Source: Octopus vulgaris | Lineage: Eukaryota | Direction of reading: 5' to 3' | Length of the DNA: 64,000 nt | Assembly: GCA_951406725.2 (NCBI GenBank) | Contig: OX597816.1 | Coordinates: forward strand, 150,102,001-150,166,000 | Shown here: in pieces, positions 51,396-64,000 of the stretch | Numbering within the stretch: the stretch's first letter is position 1 | Layout: each line of letters starts with the position of its first letter | Program-made: the position numbers and the translations under genes | The notes under the pieces: model-generated | Databases searched by the model: none | Told to the model about the DNA's origin: nothing | What the model saw: the letters and a program-made list of their open reading frames with translations, nothing else

Positions 51396-52544
51396 TTTTT
51401 GGAAACCAAAGAAATGAATACAAGAAAGATTTTGAAAAGCAAAAACATACAGAAAATGGAATAATTTTAAAAAGAAAAAATAGATATAAAACATATTCAA
51501 AGAACATGAATGTATGTAGTTTTCAAGGAGATATCACAGGTACAGTCTAATTTATATACAACTTAAGTCCATACTGTAATAAATATCATCAAACACATTT
51601 TGTTGTATCTTGCAAGGGTCATTATGCAACACATGTTCATATCAAAATCAGACATATCAATATATCCTTCCTCACAACTCCTACACCTTGTACATCATTC
51701 CCCTTCTTCCTAATCTATTCACCTTATTCCTTTTCCAAATTGGTATTTCACACCTACTGCACCTACACCCTTTTTAAATACTCACTACATTTACCTCTGC
51801 TACCTTCTCTAACCATTTGTTACTCTCTTCCCACACTTTATGCCCCTGCCCCACCCTCCTGATCCAGTTTCCTTGTCCTTATGTTCACCTTGTACCTTAA
51901 AGGTTCACTCTTGTACCCTACCACTACCATCTTTACCCACTCCTATAAAATGTGGAGTAGCCACGTATCTCCTACATCTGGCCTTGTTCTCTCAACAGCT
52001 GGTATAAAGGTGTCTCCCTCTTCTCACTTAACTGAGGAGGTATTTTCATGTTCTTTTCTTGTCTTGCAAGTTACTTGGTGAACTCACTGATGCTAGTGTT
52101 TCAAAAGTGGTTGGTGTTAGGAAGAGTATCTAGCTGTAAAAACCATAAGGAAGCTGACATTGGAGATTAGCGCAGCTCTGAAGCTCATCAGAATCTATAA
52201 AACCATCCAACCTACACCAGTATAGGAAATAGTCATTAAATAATGATGATGTTATGCTGATGATGATGATGATGATAATGATGATATACACAGACATATA
52301 TATACTATGTGTACACACACACACACATTTACAGATTATATTAATATGGGTGTTTCTTGTAATTGGTAGAAGGTTTGTGTTGTCTAATGATTCTGAAGGT
52401 AATGCTTTCAGAAGTCTAGCACTTCTGATAGGGTTACCCATGCCAGTAAGGTTAAAGAAGAGGACCTTGTCTAAACATAATCAACTCCTTTCAAGACATC
52501 AACAGTAGAACAAATGTATGCAGACAACAACAATGGTTGATCTC

Positions 52545-53110
52545 ATTGAATGGGAGAAAGAGAGTCTGCCGAATGTCAACCCAACAGAGGGACCAGCTAT
52601 TCAAATTGACAGTACCTTGGTAGATAAAGCAATTAAGGGTATGAAGGCAGGGAAAGTCCCTGGCCCATCAGGAATCACCGCAGAGATGCTCAAAATATCT
52701 GGCGGTGTCAGCTATAGCCTAGTTACCCATATAGTCAACCAGGTGATACATGAAGGAGTCATACCCAATGACTGGTGTAGCAGCACCATAGTCAACTGCT
52801 ACAAAGGTAAAGGTGATGCTTTAGATACAAATAATTACAGAGGTATCAAGTTTTTGGATAAGGTAATGAAGGTCATAGAGAGGGTCATAGCCCAACTAAT
52901 TAGGGAGAGAGTCAGTCTAGATGAGATGCAGTTTGGGTTCATGCCAGGAAAAAGCATCACTGATGCTATATTTCTGGAAAGACAGCTGCAGGAGAAATAC
53001 TTAGCCAAAGATAAACCTCTGCATCTGACTTTTGTTGACATGGAGAAAGCCGTTTGTCAGACCTGTGCAAGCAAGGAAAAGTGGGTGTTAAAATGATAAT
53101 GATGATGAGG
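52545..53110 (+). mobile_element. RTE LINE fragment: RT N-terminal region fused to 3' tail
   Basis: AIKGMKAGKVPGPSGITAEML...NYRGI...QFGFMPGKSITDAIF...QEKY...FVDMEKA, followed directly by ...gttaaaatgataatgatgatg. Confidence 0.9.
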
Positions 53111-53334
53111 TGGCAACGGAGAATGAAAAATTCTGTTACATGTTTCAGTTATAGAACTGGCCATACAGGACCATTGTCTTGAAAAACTAAGTTGATCTTA
53201 TCAACTCTAGAATTTATTTTAAAGTTTGCTATTTATTTTATTCATGCTTTTTACAAAACAGTGAAAATAGGAGGGCATAAAGCAGCAAAAGACAAACACA
53301 AAACCATATATGTATATGATAGGCCTCTGCACAG

Positions 53335-53665
53335 ACATCATCCTCATCATCATTTAGCATCTGCTTTTCATGATGGCATGGGTTAAGCGGTTTGACTGAA
53401 ACTGGTAAGCTGTAGGGCTACACCAGGTTTCAATTTGATTTGGCATGGTTTCTATGGCTGGATGTCTTTCCTAATGCCAAGACCATAATGGGTGCTTTTT
53501 ATATGCCATGATTATGATTTCACTTGACTTGATAGGTCTTCTCAAGCATGGCATATCACCAAAGGTCTTGGTCACTTGCCATTGCCTCCATGAGGCCCAA
53601 TGTTCAAAGGGTGCTTTTTACATGCCACTGGCATGGGTGCCAGTTACATGACACTGGCATTCGCC
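53335..53665 (-). mobile_element. RTE tail-derived repeat
   Basis: catcatcatttagcatctgcttttcatg...ggctggatgtctttcctaatgcc, matching the other copies. Confidence 0.7.
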
Positions 53666-54118
53666 AGTGGATAATAGTAAAGATCCCAGCTTTATAGATT
53701 AAACCAAACTAGTCTCAAAGCTAATAATCATTCAGCAGGTTACAACCCAACAATGATCCACCTTCATTGTAAACACTTTTCTCGGGAAACTGGTGTAATT
53801 TCCTATTGCTATATCCAGTAGACTACTTCTAAATATGATCTGGCCATGACAAACAGTGTATTGGCAGCATATCAAAAAAAGCTGAAGAGCTTTCAGTTGT
53901 GTTAGCTATGATCTGTAGTAAACATTTCTTGGCGAGACCACAAGTCCAACCACGAGGTCCTGCTGCATGCAAATATGCTTAATGTTGAATCTATCATTTG
54001 GCAGGAATGTTATATTCAGTGGGGCATATGATCTGAATGAAGGACACTAGGATCCCCAAGGCTATACTCTAACTCTCTTTCTCTCTATCTCTTTATATAT
54101 ATATATATATATCATATT

Positions 54119-54179
<61 letters not shown>

Positions 54180-56860
54180 GCGGGAAAGATATAGATAGAA
54201 AGAGAAAGTGAATGAAAGAGAGAATGAGATGCATATAAATCAGGTATATGAAAACATTAAAAAACAGTCTGATAAATAGGTAATAAAATAAAAGAGAAAT
54301 ACAGAGCTGGATGGGTGGAGTAATTGGTAGATAAATATCTAGATAAAGATGCGGAAGAAAATGCAAAAGCATTCTCAAGCAATATGAAGAATGTTTAATT
54401 CCCTTTCCACAAAGACACAACAAGCCACTAAAAAAAAAACATAAAAAGACAAATGAAAGTTAGAGATGTCTAGCTAGTTTTCAATTGATGAGGAAGCTAA
54501 CTGAAGCTACATCTGAATATATAACAACAAATTTAAATAAATAGCAAGGTATCAAGCCCTCTATGTCACAAGTCTTTGTACACACAACATATCCACTGGT
54601 AACATAAAATTTGTTGCAGTGATTTTTAATGTTTTTTTTCTTGTAATATCTTTTGTTCCCATCTTTTCTTTCTAGCTTACATAATTTTTGTTTATTTCTG
54701 AGAGCTCATGAAAGAAAACAATGTACAACTAAGTAAATATTGAAAACATTTAAAATATTATATAAGTTGGCAAAGAATAATAACTTGCAGAGAATCCTTG
54801 GGCAGTATCTGTAAGTTGCAGTTTATAAAAGATTTGTTGACAAATGTACAGGTGCAGGAGGAAGATCAAATTAGTACAGCAACTTAAACACACATTTGGG
54901 ACAAGTCCATCTTATAGAAGGAAGCTGAACATATATAACCAATATTCATAGCTGTTTACTAAAGGTTATCGAGACATATTTTCTCAGAAATTCTTTCTTT
55001 AAGAAAATAGGAAAACAGTAATGAAGAAAAAAAAAGGGGGGAAAATAACCCTGATCGTAGATTGAGCAGCTAGAAATAGCAATCATATCTTTCTCAAATA
55101 ATACCCTATTACCTTTAAAAAAGGAGAGATACATGTTCTCTGAATGAAGAAAAGGGCATAATGGTTACAGCTTTAGAACCTTTGACCCTAGGTCATTTCA
55201 AGTGTGGCATAGAAATATCATAAAAATATACTTCAAGTATGGATGTCTCATCTGATTATAAAGAATTCACATGTCAAGTATGAAAGTCCCATCATTTTAT
55301 AAAGATGATTGTGCATCAGTATGTATATATGTGACAAAAAAGCTTCCCCTTTCATCATCATCTCTCAGTAAGCTACAGAGGCTTTAAATAGTAATATTTT
55401 CAATAACAAAATGATTTTATCAACATGTTGAAAACTGGAATTGACCCAGAGACCTTCAAATTTTCATGCACACAATCTCTCTCAATCAAGCCATTACAGC
55501 TATTTGCAAATGTCTTTCTAATTAATCAAAATATATTGTAGTCATTAAAAAGAGAATATTTGTTATAACATATCAAAATACATTAAACAATGGGTAAACA
55601 ACAAATTCATTCCAAATAAAAATGTAAATTAAAATGTAATAGTTTTGCTTTGTTTCATACAGCTTTACAGTTTTCTTTTACATGTCTCAGTTTTGTCTGA
55701 AATCTATATATTTATATAAAGAAGAAGATTGACATATTGCAGCTACAATAAAGACTCTTCTTTAATCCCCTGTATACAGGTGTTGAGAAGCTAAAGTATG
55801 ATGGCAGGACAGGTACAGGTGTTTTGCTATAAAGAAGAAATATAGATACCAAATACTACATAAGGGTGGATGGGAGTAACTGGAAAGAAGACAATGATAG
55901 TGGAGATTAGGTGCCAGAGCTTACTCCCAAGATACAAGAAGGTGAACATAAATGAGGATATGCACAAAGAATTGGGAAGGGTGGATGGATAAGTTCATTA
56001 GAGTGCGAAAGGAAAATAACAAATTGGTGTAAAGGTGAATGCAGTGAAAGGAACAAAGGTGGGAGTATGGTGAATGGTAAATATCAGTACAGGGAGAAAG
56101 TAAAAGAAATAAGAATGGCTCAGGAAAGAGGAAGTGGCAGTATAGGAAGGGAGGAGAGCAACCATATAATAAACTTGTGAGAGAGATCAGAAAATATGGT
56201 GCTGATGTGCAGAGTAGGAGAGTAGAGTGGGAAGGTCGCCAATGGCAGATATGACAGGGTGATAAGAATGATTCAGTTGTTACACAACCTGGTGAAAAAG
56301 CAGTTAAAACAGTCATAAACTACAACCTTAAACAAAAGCTAAATCAAACAATATAGTTTCTAGTATACAAATGATAGGATCGTCATGAATGAAATGCCTT
56401 TCATTAGATTTCCAACTATGACTGATCTGGAGCTACATGACAACACCAAAGTTTATTTTGAGCTAAGAAGAGAAGGCTTTTGCATATGCACACAACCTGC
56501 TGGTATAGTAATCAATTGCTCCTCAGTTCATTCCCTACCACCATGAATTAGGAGAGAATCCATTGGAAAATTCAATCTCCTATATACAAACACGGTGTAT
56601 TTTAAATATAGTTTATTTTGCTTTTACATTCATTTTTCCATGCTAGCATGATTAGACAAATATGGTATTGAAACACTGTTTTATAGGTGCTCTTCTTGAT
56701 GCTAACCCTTAGTAAAGAAGCTCTTATTCTATAAAGCTTTGAAAGCACAAAGTGAGTGAACAAATTGACAGGGCAAATGCCAAACAACACCACCTGAATG
56801 GCTTTTGAATACGTGATTACAGATGTAAACAAACATATATATATGTATATGTATGTATAT

Positions 56861-57063
56861 TCTTTACTCTTTTACTTGTTTCAGTCATTTGACTGCAGCC
56901 ATGCTGGAGCACCACCTTTATTTGAGCAAATCAACCCCAGGACTTATTCTTTGTAAGCCTAGTACTTATTCTATCAGTCACTTTTGCTGAACTGCTCAGT
57001 TACGGGGACGTAAACACACCAGCAACAGTTGTCAAGCGATGTTGGGGCGACAAAAATAAGTAT

Positions 57064-57096
<33 letters not shown>

Positions 57097-57460
57097 CGAA
57101 GGGCTTCTTTTCAGTTTCTGTCTACCAAATCCACTCACAAGACTTTGGTCAGCCCGAGGCTATAGCAGAAGATACTTGCCCAAGGTACCACACAGTGGGA
57201 CTGTACCTGGAACCATGTGGTTGGTAAGCAAGCTACTTACCATACATCTACTCCCATGCTTATATATGTATATATATCTACATACACACACACACACACA
57301 CATACATGATAGGCTTCTGCTCAGTTTCTGTCCCCCAAAATCCACTGACAAGGCTTTAGTTAGCTATGAGCTATAACAGAAAACATGTGCTTAAGGTGTT
57401 GTGCTGTGGGAATGAAACCAAAATTATATGGTTGAAAGCTAATTTCTCATTACATAGCCT
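56861..57460 (-). mobile_element. Full-length tRNA-derived CORE-like SINE plus adjacent partial copy
   Basis: 56861-57262 is colinear with 13617-14020; 57308-57460 repeats the head half. Confidence 0.8.
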
Positions 57461-58449
57461 TGAGGACATGGAAAACTACTCTTGATAAAATGTGGCCACT
57501 ACAATCTGTAAAGTGGTTGGTGTTAGGAAAGACATCCAGCTATACAAACCATACCTAAATGAAATGTGCAAGCAAGCATGGTTAGTAGACATATCTAGAG
57601 GGTAGTAACTTCAAATAGGAACTGACTTAAAATGCGATGCCCTGTCTAACCCTTTTGAGCATGGAAAGCAAATGATGATGATAAAAAGGTAAAGGAAAAG
57701 AAAGGAGCGATATTTTCATCGACAAAGATATATAAACATGTTTATTTTCAGTCTTATATTCTGCTAGGTTCAAAGAGAATTGTAATGTTTCCATTCTGCC
57801 AAACCACAGTGGTTGCAATCCACAAATCCAAGGAAAAGAAAACAAAATTCAACAAATTCAATTTATAATTATCTTCTTTTTTTCTACCTCCATTTTTCCA
57901 AGCTTGTGTCATTGGAGAAATAGTTTTTATAATTGAATGCTTTTCTTATCACAACTAAACTCTTAAAGCTGGCAAATCAGAGCAAGTTAACATGTATCCA
58001 GCTAGTAAAGAACAACAGGTGAGCACAGACCCAGGTGTATGATCCAAATCTTTGCGATAGAGTGAAGATTTTAAATGGTATTGTCATTCTTGTTGTTCAT
58101 CCCTGATTTGAGTTCACCTTTGACCAAATGAAATCCAACCATGACTATAGTTTTTCTTTTTCAAGATAAAGATATAGTAACTCTAAGATGACTTTATCTA
58201 ATATGTCTATTCTTTATTTAAGATGGCAGGGAGTTTATATTGAAAGAAATTTGGCTGCTATTTTTAGCAGGTTCATTGATCATGAAAAGGATCTCTCATC
58301 ATTGATGTTGATGGACCACATACTGGTGCTAAGCCAGGCAATGTATATGATTACATACACTGGGATATTCTGCTTTCCTGGAACTTAAAATAATAAACAA
58401 GAAATTCAAAAGAAAGAAGTAAGAGAAGCAGAGCTAAATGTATGAATAC

Positions 58450-58574
58450 GAATAAACTGTTTTGGTATATTAATAGAATTTTACAAACAAATTTATACTG
58501 TTTATATACACCATTATCAAAAGCAATCAATTGATATGACGAGACAAGCAAAACTGTGCATTAGTGTTAAGGAA
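58450..58574 (-). other. Candidate alternative or relic IS1 exon with a U12-type acceptor
   Basis: TTCCTTAAC (58574-58566), 10 nt ending in AC, then a 106-nt stop-free cassette (58555-58450) in the same phase as the real exon, followed by GTATTC. Similarity to the real exon is weak (FDNGV vs FANCV). Confidence 0.35.
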
Positions 58575-60076
58575 TGGTAAATAAAGATATACCAAGATTC
58601 ACTGACATAAAGCCAAGTATAGACAGACTTGCCAATCAAGAAGCTATCCCATTCCTTGTAAAATTTTCAAAGAGAATGTATACATTTTATTATCTTTGGC
58701 TATTAATATATGTAATTGTTCTGGATGAGTAGGAAAAATGTTGGATTCAGTTTGAAAATATCTGACTAATATCAACTGTTTGGTTAGAAACTTCCGCAGT
58801 GCATTTCTAGGATACTTGTTTTTACCCAAGAGTTTTTGTTTACTATCTTCAAATTATTTTTACCTGTTGAGGATTGAATTTTAGATCTTTTAAGCACAAC
58901 CTCATACCAATACTACTGGTATGAACATCAAAAGATTTTTCTAGAAGTCACTAAGAGTTTATCAAATATCATTAATGCTAAGTGCTAAATGTTATTTTTA
59001 TAACAGTTTGGAGCTACACAGAAAATAAAAAACAATCATCAAATAACTGAATTAAAATCCAGTAACTACAAGTTCCAGGATCTATAGAGTACTACAAAAG
59101 ATTTCTATAAAATACCCACTACTTTAAATAAAAACAATCTGCAGTGATGAAGCTACTTGACAACAAGATCTTTGACATAAAGAAGGCACATTTTGAAGAA
59201 ACAAACAACTCATTGTGGTACATATGTACCATGAAGCAGAAGATAAAATTTAAATATACAGCGATCCTACTCGAATACAATGGTCTGACTGCAAAGATAT
59301 GAATTTGAAAACAACAGAGCATCAAAACAGTGATGTTGAGTCACTCTGCACTAGTCTATGCCTCACCATTGTACAACCAAGCCAGATCTGTTAGAAACAG
59401 CTGTTAAACTTGCCTTGAATAATGTCTTACTGTCTTTAAAAATTGTGAAATGCATTGGATAATGTAATCCTAGATACACTGTGTCTGAAGAAAAAGACTG
59501 GATAGGTCACAGCTGGAATGTCATTAATCATGAGTCTCCCGGATCAGAGTTAGATAAGGTCTAAATAATAACCAAATGAAGATATTAAGAATGATTTGAA
59601 TATCTAGAACTCCATTTGTTTGTGAAAGAATCTACAAAGTTGATACAAGACTCTTAAAAATCACAAATGAAATTATCAGATGGGAAGGAATTGTAAACAT
59701 GTACAGTAAAAACAAGTAGAATGTTCTTACATAATCAACGGTCCAACTGTACCTTAATGATAACTCTGCTATGATAACATTAGAAATATGACTGCTAACA
59801 AGTCCAAAAGATCTAGAACAAATAAATGGAGGAAAAAGGTTGTATAGCAGCTAAAACCTGAACAACATGGCTTAGGTTTTATAGAGATTTTATAGCTTAG
59901 TCATTTCCCTTAGCAAGCATTATAAGAGTAATAATTATTACATCAAACAAAACAGAATTTATCAATCATTTACTCTGTAGATATACTGCAATCTACCACT
60001 CTTACAGGTAGGTGAGAATGCATTTTTACATGAATGCATTCATACATGCTGACATACATACAATTTTGTTAAGGCC

Positions 60077-60261
60077 TATACTGAGAAATCCACAATATAA
60101 ATTTATATATATTAGCCAGAAAAATCCACGATGTACTGAGGGCACAATAGGTGAACCACAGTAATCACTCACCATACTGTGGTTCACCTATTGTGCCCTC
60201 AGTACATCGTGGATTTTTCTGGCTAATATATATAAATTTATATTGTGGATTTCTCAGTATA
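60077..60261. repeat. Perfect inverted repeat, 87-bp arms, 11-nt loop
   Basis: 60077-60163 is the exact reverse complement of 60175-60261 by manual comparison. Confidence 0.93.
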
Positions 60262-61069
60262 TCGTGGGTTTCTGTGGTTGATAGGTATTGATATTTAAAA
60301 AAATTTTTAATTATTTCTGCGGTAAAATAAACATTTTCCCACCTACAAATTAATGAATTAATAAATAAAAATACAGTACAGTACTGCACTCTATAACACA
60401 TTAATTAAAATATATTAAAAGAAAATACATAGTGTACTGTAGATGAATAAACAAAGAATCGCACATACTGTTTGGAAATCAAAACTTGGGAGGCAAGTAT
60501 GTGGTGTTGTTTTACTTTTGTGTGTAAAATTGTGAAATTATCACAAGCCCTATAAAGTTGCCCAAATGTTCTGCACCTTCTAAGGCTTCTGGCAGTGAAC
60601 CCAAGTGTCAGAGGAAGATGCTTACTATAGCAGAGAAGGTGAGACTCCTTGACATGCTTAAGGAAGGGAGAAGGTATGCAGCCTATCACTAGAACACATC
60701 TCAATTCTAGCAGAACTTCAGAGAATGATGGAAGATTGGGACAGCCAGATGATTCATGCATTGCAGTTCAGAAATGCAATTGACAGAGCCATGGAAGTTT
60801 ATAAAAACCTCCTTACACAGAAGAAAAGGCAGTGTCAGCAACTGCCCATCACTATGTTCCTCATCTGAAAAAAAGAGAAGACATAGGTACTCCTAAGTGT
60901 GTGAGGAGAGTTTATAAAAGCTTTAATATATAAAAATAATAAAATAGATATAAACAAATTATAAAAATGATTAAAAAGATATACACTGCTGTACTGTTTC
61001 TACTTTGTGGATTTTACCTATTATGGGGGGTTTTGGAACCTAACACATGTGAGAGTCAAGGAATCACTG
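60159..61069 (+). mobile_element. pogo/Tigger-like internally deleted DNA transposon
   Basis: Ends cagtaatc... / ...gaatcactg|TA. CENP-B-type N-terminal HTH remnant PKCQRKMLTIAEKVRLLDMLKEGRRYAA and C-terminal QLPITMFL. Confidence 0.8.
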
Positions 61070-61081
61070 TATATGTGTGTC

Positions 61082-61115
<34 letters not shown>

Positions 61116-61125
61116 TATATACATA

Positions 61126-62399
61126 CAGTGTCCCAGAAAAGTTTCTCCATGGTTAAAACTCTTCCTAGAGAATATCAGTGTTCAGGTAATATCTATATTT
61201 TACATAAAGATTTGTGTGTCTTTTGTTCATGAGTCTATTGTTTTGTTTGTCTATAACAGGTTTGTAAACAAACATGGCATCAAAAGCAAAACGTGACCAG
61301 ATTGTCACTATGAAAACAGCTGGAGTGAGAAACAAGGACATAACAAAATAATTGAATGTGTGCCATAAAACAATGTTCAATACCTGGAAAGGATATATGG
61401 AGTCTGCTACTACCTCTAGCAAGCTAATTTCTGGTAGGAAGTGATCAATTTGTACCAAACAAACTGTTGAAGTTGTGAAGGAGCAAATGAACCAAAATCC
61501 CTGCAGGAGTGCAAGAAAAACTGCAAAAGCTCTTGATATTTCGAAATCGTCAATGCAGAGGATTGTTAAAGAGAATTTAAAGCTAACTGCATGCAAGAAA
61601 CAATCCTAGCAGTTAGTTTCCACAGCTTTCAAGAAGAAACAGCTCAACAGGGGTAAAACCATGTTAGCTGAGATGAAGCACACTGCTAATAAAGTGGTGA
61701 TCTAGTTCAACAAGATTTTCACCATGGAGGCAGTTACCAACAAGAAGAGTGACAGGCTTTATGCATGTAATGCAGGAGACTTGTCCAAAGGTAGCAGGTG
61801 TCATTTACACTGTCAGAAGCCAGCTTCACTCATGGTGTAGGCCACAGTTGCATCTGATGGGTCCAAGTCTCCCTTGATCTTCATTGATACTAGCGTCAAA
61901 GTCAACAGTAAAGTTTATGTGGAAATGTTGGATAAGAAAGTGTTACCCTGGGTCACAGAAACCTTTGGTGACTGTTAAATCTTCACTCAAGACAGGGCTC
62001 CAATCCACACACCCAATTTGACACAGAAGTGGTGCAAAGAGCATTTCAGTAGTTTTGGGGGCAAGATAATATGGCCTCCTTCAAGTCCAGGCATTAATCC
62101 CATTGACTTTGCTATTTGGTCCATCTTAGAGTGTAATGTTTCTGCTCACTTCTATTCAAATGTGTCATATCTGAAGAAAGCCCTTCTGTCTTCATGAGTC
62201 AAGTTGGATGAAGAGGGGGTATGGTGACCACTCATTTGCAGGCTATAATCAAGGCAAAAGATGGCTATTTTGAAATGTAATTATTGTAATGGATTGACAA
62301 TTTACATTAGAATGTGTGTGCCAAATTTCATTATCCAACCTTAAATTTATTTTGAATAATTAAGAAATATCAATGGGTAAATCTCTCTGGCACACCCTG
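61126..62399 (+). mobile_element. Near full-length maT (DD37D) Tc1/mariner transposon; transposase 61274-62280 pseudogenised
   Basis: MASKAKRDQIV..., QKPASLMV, FTQDRAPIHT...WPPSSPGINPIDFAIW with 37 residues between the 2nd and 3rd Asp. Multiple stops; imperfect TIRs. Confidence 0.9.
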
Positions 62400-62576
62400 T
62401 GTATAGCATGTGTGTTTGAAAAGGTTAATTGAAAGTGCTCACACATTAGCAAAACAATTTCTTCCCAAAAAAGGTTAGCAACATCTTGGTAAAAGATTTT
62501 ATAACATTTAAAAAAAAATAATTTTAAAAAATCGCCTTTACACTTCAAAACTATATTAAGTAATTCTCATAGACTC

Positions 62577-62617
<41 letters not shown>

Positions 62618-63499
62618 GTCTGTTGATGGATGTATGATGCAAAATAGATAGATAATAAATAGTTAAGTAGGTAGATAAGTGATATTAATATAAAATTTTA
62701 AAATTATAACCACAATCTTTAAAAACAGAAGGAAACAGACCAACTCACAGAACTTGAACCACACTTCTATTGCTTGCTAGGGACTGCATTACTGGTTACA
62801 CTACAGGAACCCTGCCAATCTCTCTCTCTCCCTCTCCTCTGATCTCCCCTCTCTCCACTCTCTCACCCCCTCTCCCTCTCTCTGTATCTTCCAAATATAT
62901 TTTTATTTTTATCTTTTACTTGTTGCAGTCATTAGACCATTAGACTGTGGCCATGTTGGGGTACCACCTTGAAGAATTTTAGTCAAACAAATCAACCCTA
63001 GTATTTATATAGAAATATATATACCATTGTTCAGTATTGCAGGATACCTTCGACAAAATGTCTATAACCAACAACCAATAAATACATGATCTGTATACAA
63101 CCTGTTTTTCTTTTCTAACACAATTTGGTGCTTATAATAACTAATATTACTGCACAACTGAAATCTTACCAGTTAATTCATGTGTATATAGACAGCATGG
63201 AATATGGGTGTTAAATGAAGATGTATACACATACATTCATGTATATATATCTAAAAGTTTTGAAAATTAAAACAGAAGCTCCATAAAAGAACAAAAAAAA
63301 AAATTCATACACAGGATATAGTTATGCTCTTTCCTTGTCAGTTGTCGTCCAAAAAAATCATTACAATTTTATGCCTTTAATGATAATATTGACCATTTTT
63401 GATGGCATCAACAGCGAAAAACTGTGGGGAATAGCAAGTGAATACTGAAGACAGTGACAAAAACAATGCTATGCACCCATCTTGGATTAATCTTCTCTC

Positions 63500-64000
63500 T
63501 TCGTGCCACATGGGCTCAACTCTCCTCCCCTCTCCTCTCTTCCTCTCACACCTACTTCCTCCCACCCACCTCTCCTCTCTTGCTCTGACTCCTACTTCTC
63601 TTCACTCCTACTTACCTTCTTCTTTCCCCTTCTCCCTTCATCATCACCCCTCCCTCGTAACCCTACCCCTACACAATCCAATTCCATCTTCCCTATCCAT
63701 CCCATCCCACCCCATCCCTTATACCTACACCCACATACCCGACCCTTGCTTTCCCCACTTCCCAACACCATCGCATCATATCTCACCACCTGCACACACT
63801 AGCACTGACCACTTCCCAGCACCCACACCATCAACCATAAACCTACACATGCACACGTCAAAGTCACCAGTCCTCTTCCATATGCACATACATGCTCTCT
63901 TATACACAAGCACGTGCACATTTGTTTTGGGATCACCACTACTTTATTATCTTCCCTTCTTCCTAGCTCTCCTGTGTGACCCCTCTGTCTGGAATTTGCC
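63500..64000. repeat. Dispersed repeat, inverted copy of 14236-14680
   Basis: Direct reverse-complement similarity; runs off the window end. Confidence 0.78.

Noticed and set aside
58640-59960. Faint Penelope-like coding remnants
   Set aside because: Too degenerate to assign by eye; needs a translated profile search.
63312-63319. ATATCCTG on minus as the possible U12 donor for the Cav1 intron
   Set aside because: It deviates from ATATCCTT, and the upstream sequence has stops and no Cav1 pre-IS1 peptide. The true donor is probably beyond the window.

Overview
AT-rich, microsatellite- and transposon-dense animal DNA. The repeat landscape suggests a cephalopod, probably Octopus (inference, not verified). 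The whole window lies inside one minus-strand gene for an L-type voltage-gated calcium channel alpha-1 subunit (Cav1, CACNA1C/D-like). Two coding exons are visible: domain I S1 (51271-51376, 106 nt) and domain I S2-S3 (4449-4588, 140 nt), separated by a ~46.7 kb GT-AG intron. The S1 exon has a minor-spliceosome (U12) branch point and AC acceptor. About 7 kb upstream, a second identically spaced U12 acceptor precedes an open 106-nt cassette ending at a GT; this is a candidate alternative or relic exon. The introns hold decayed Tc1/mariner/maT/Tigger, hAT and Merlin-like MITEs, Helitrons, CR1, RTE and R4/Dong-type LINEs, tRNA-derived SINEs, three foldback hairpins, and four type I hammerhead-ribozyme motifs of the Penelope/retrozyme kind. 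Most of the supplied ORFs are microsatellite or TE noise. All alignments and RNA folds were done by eye.
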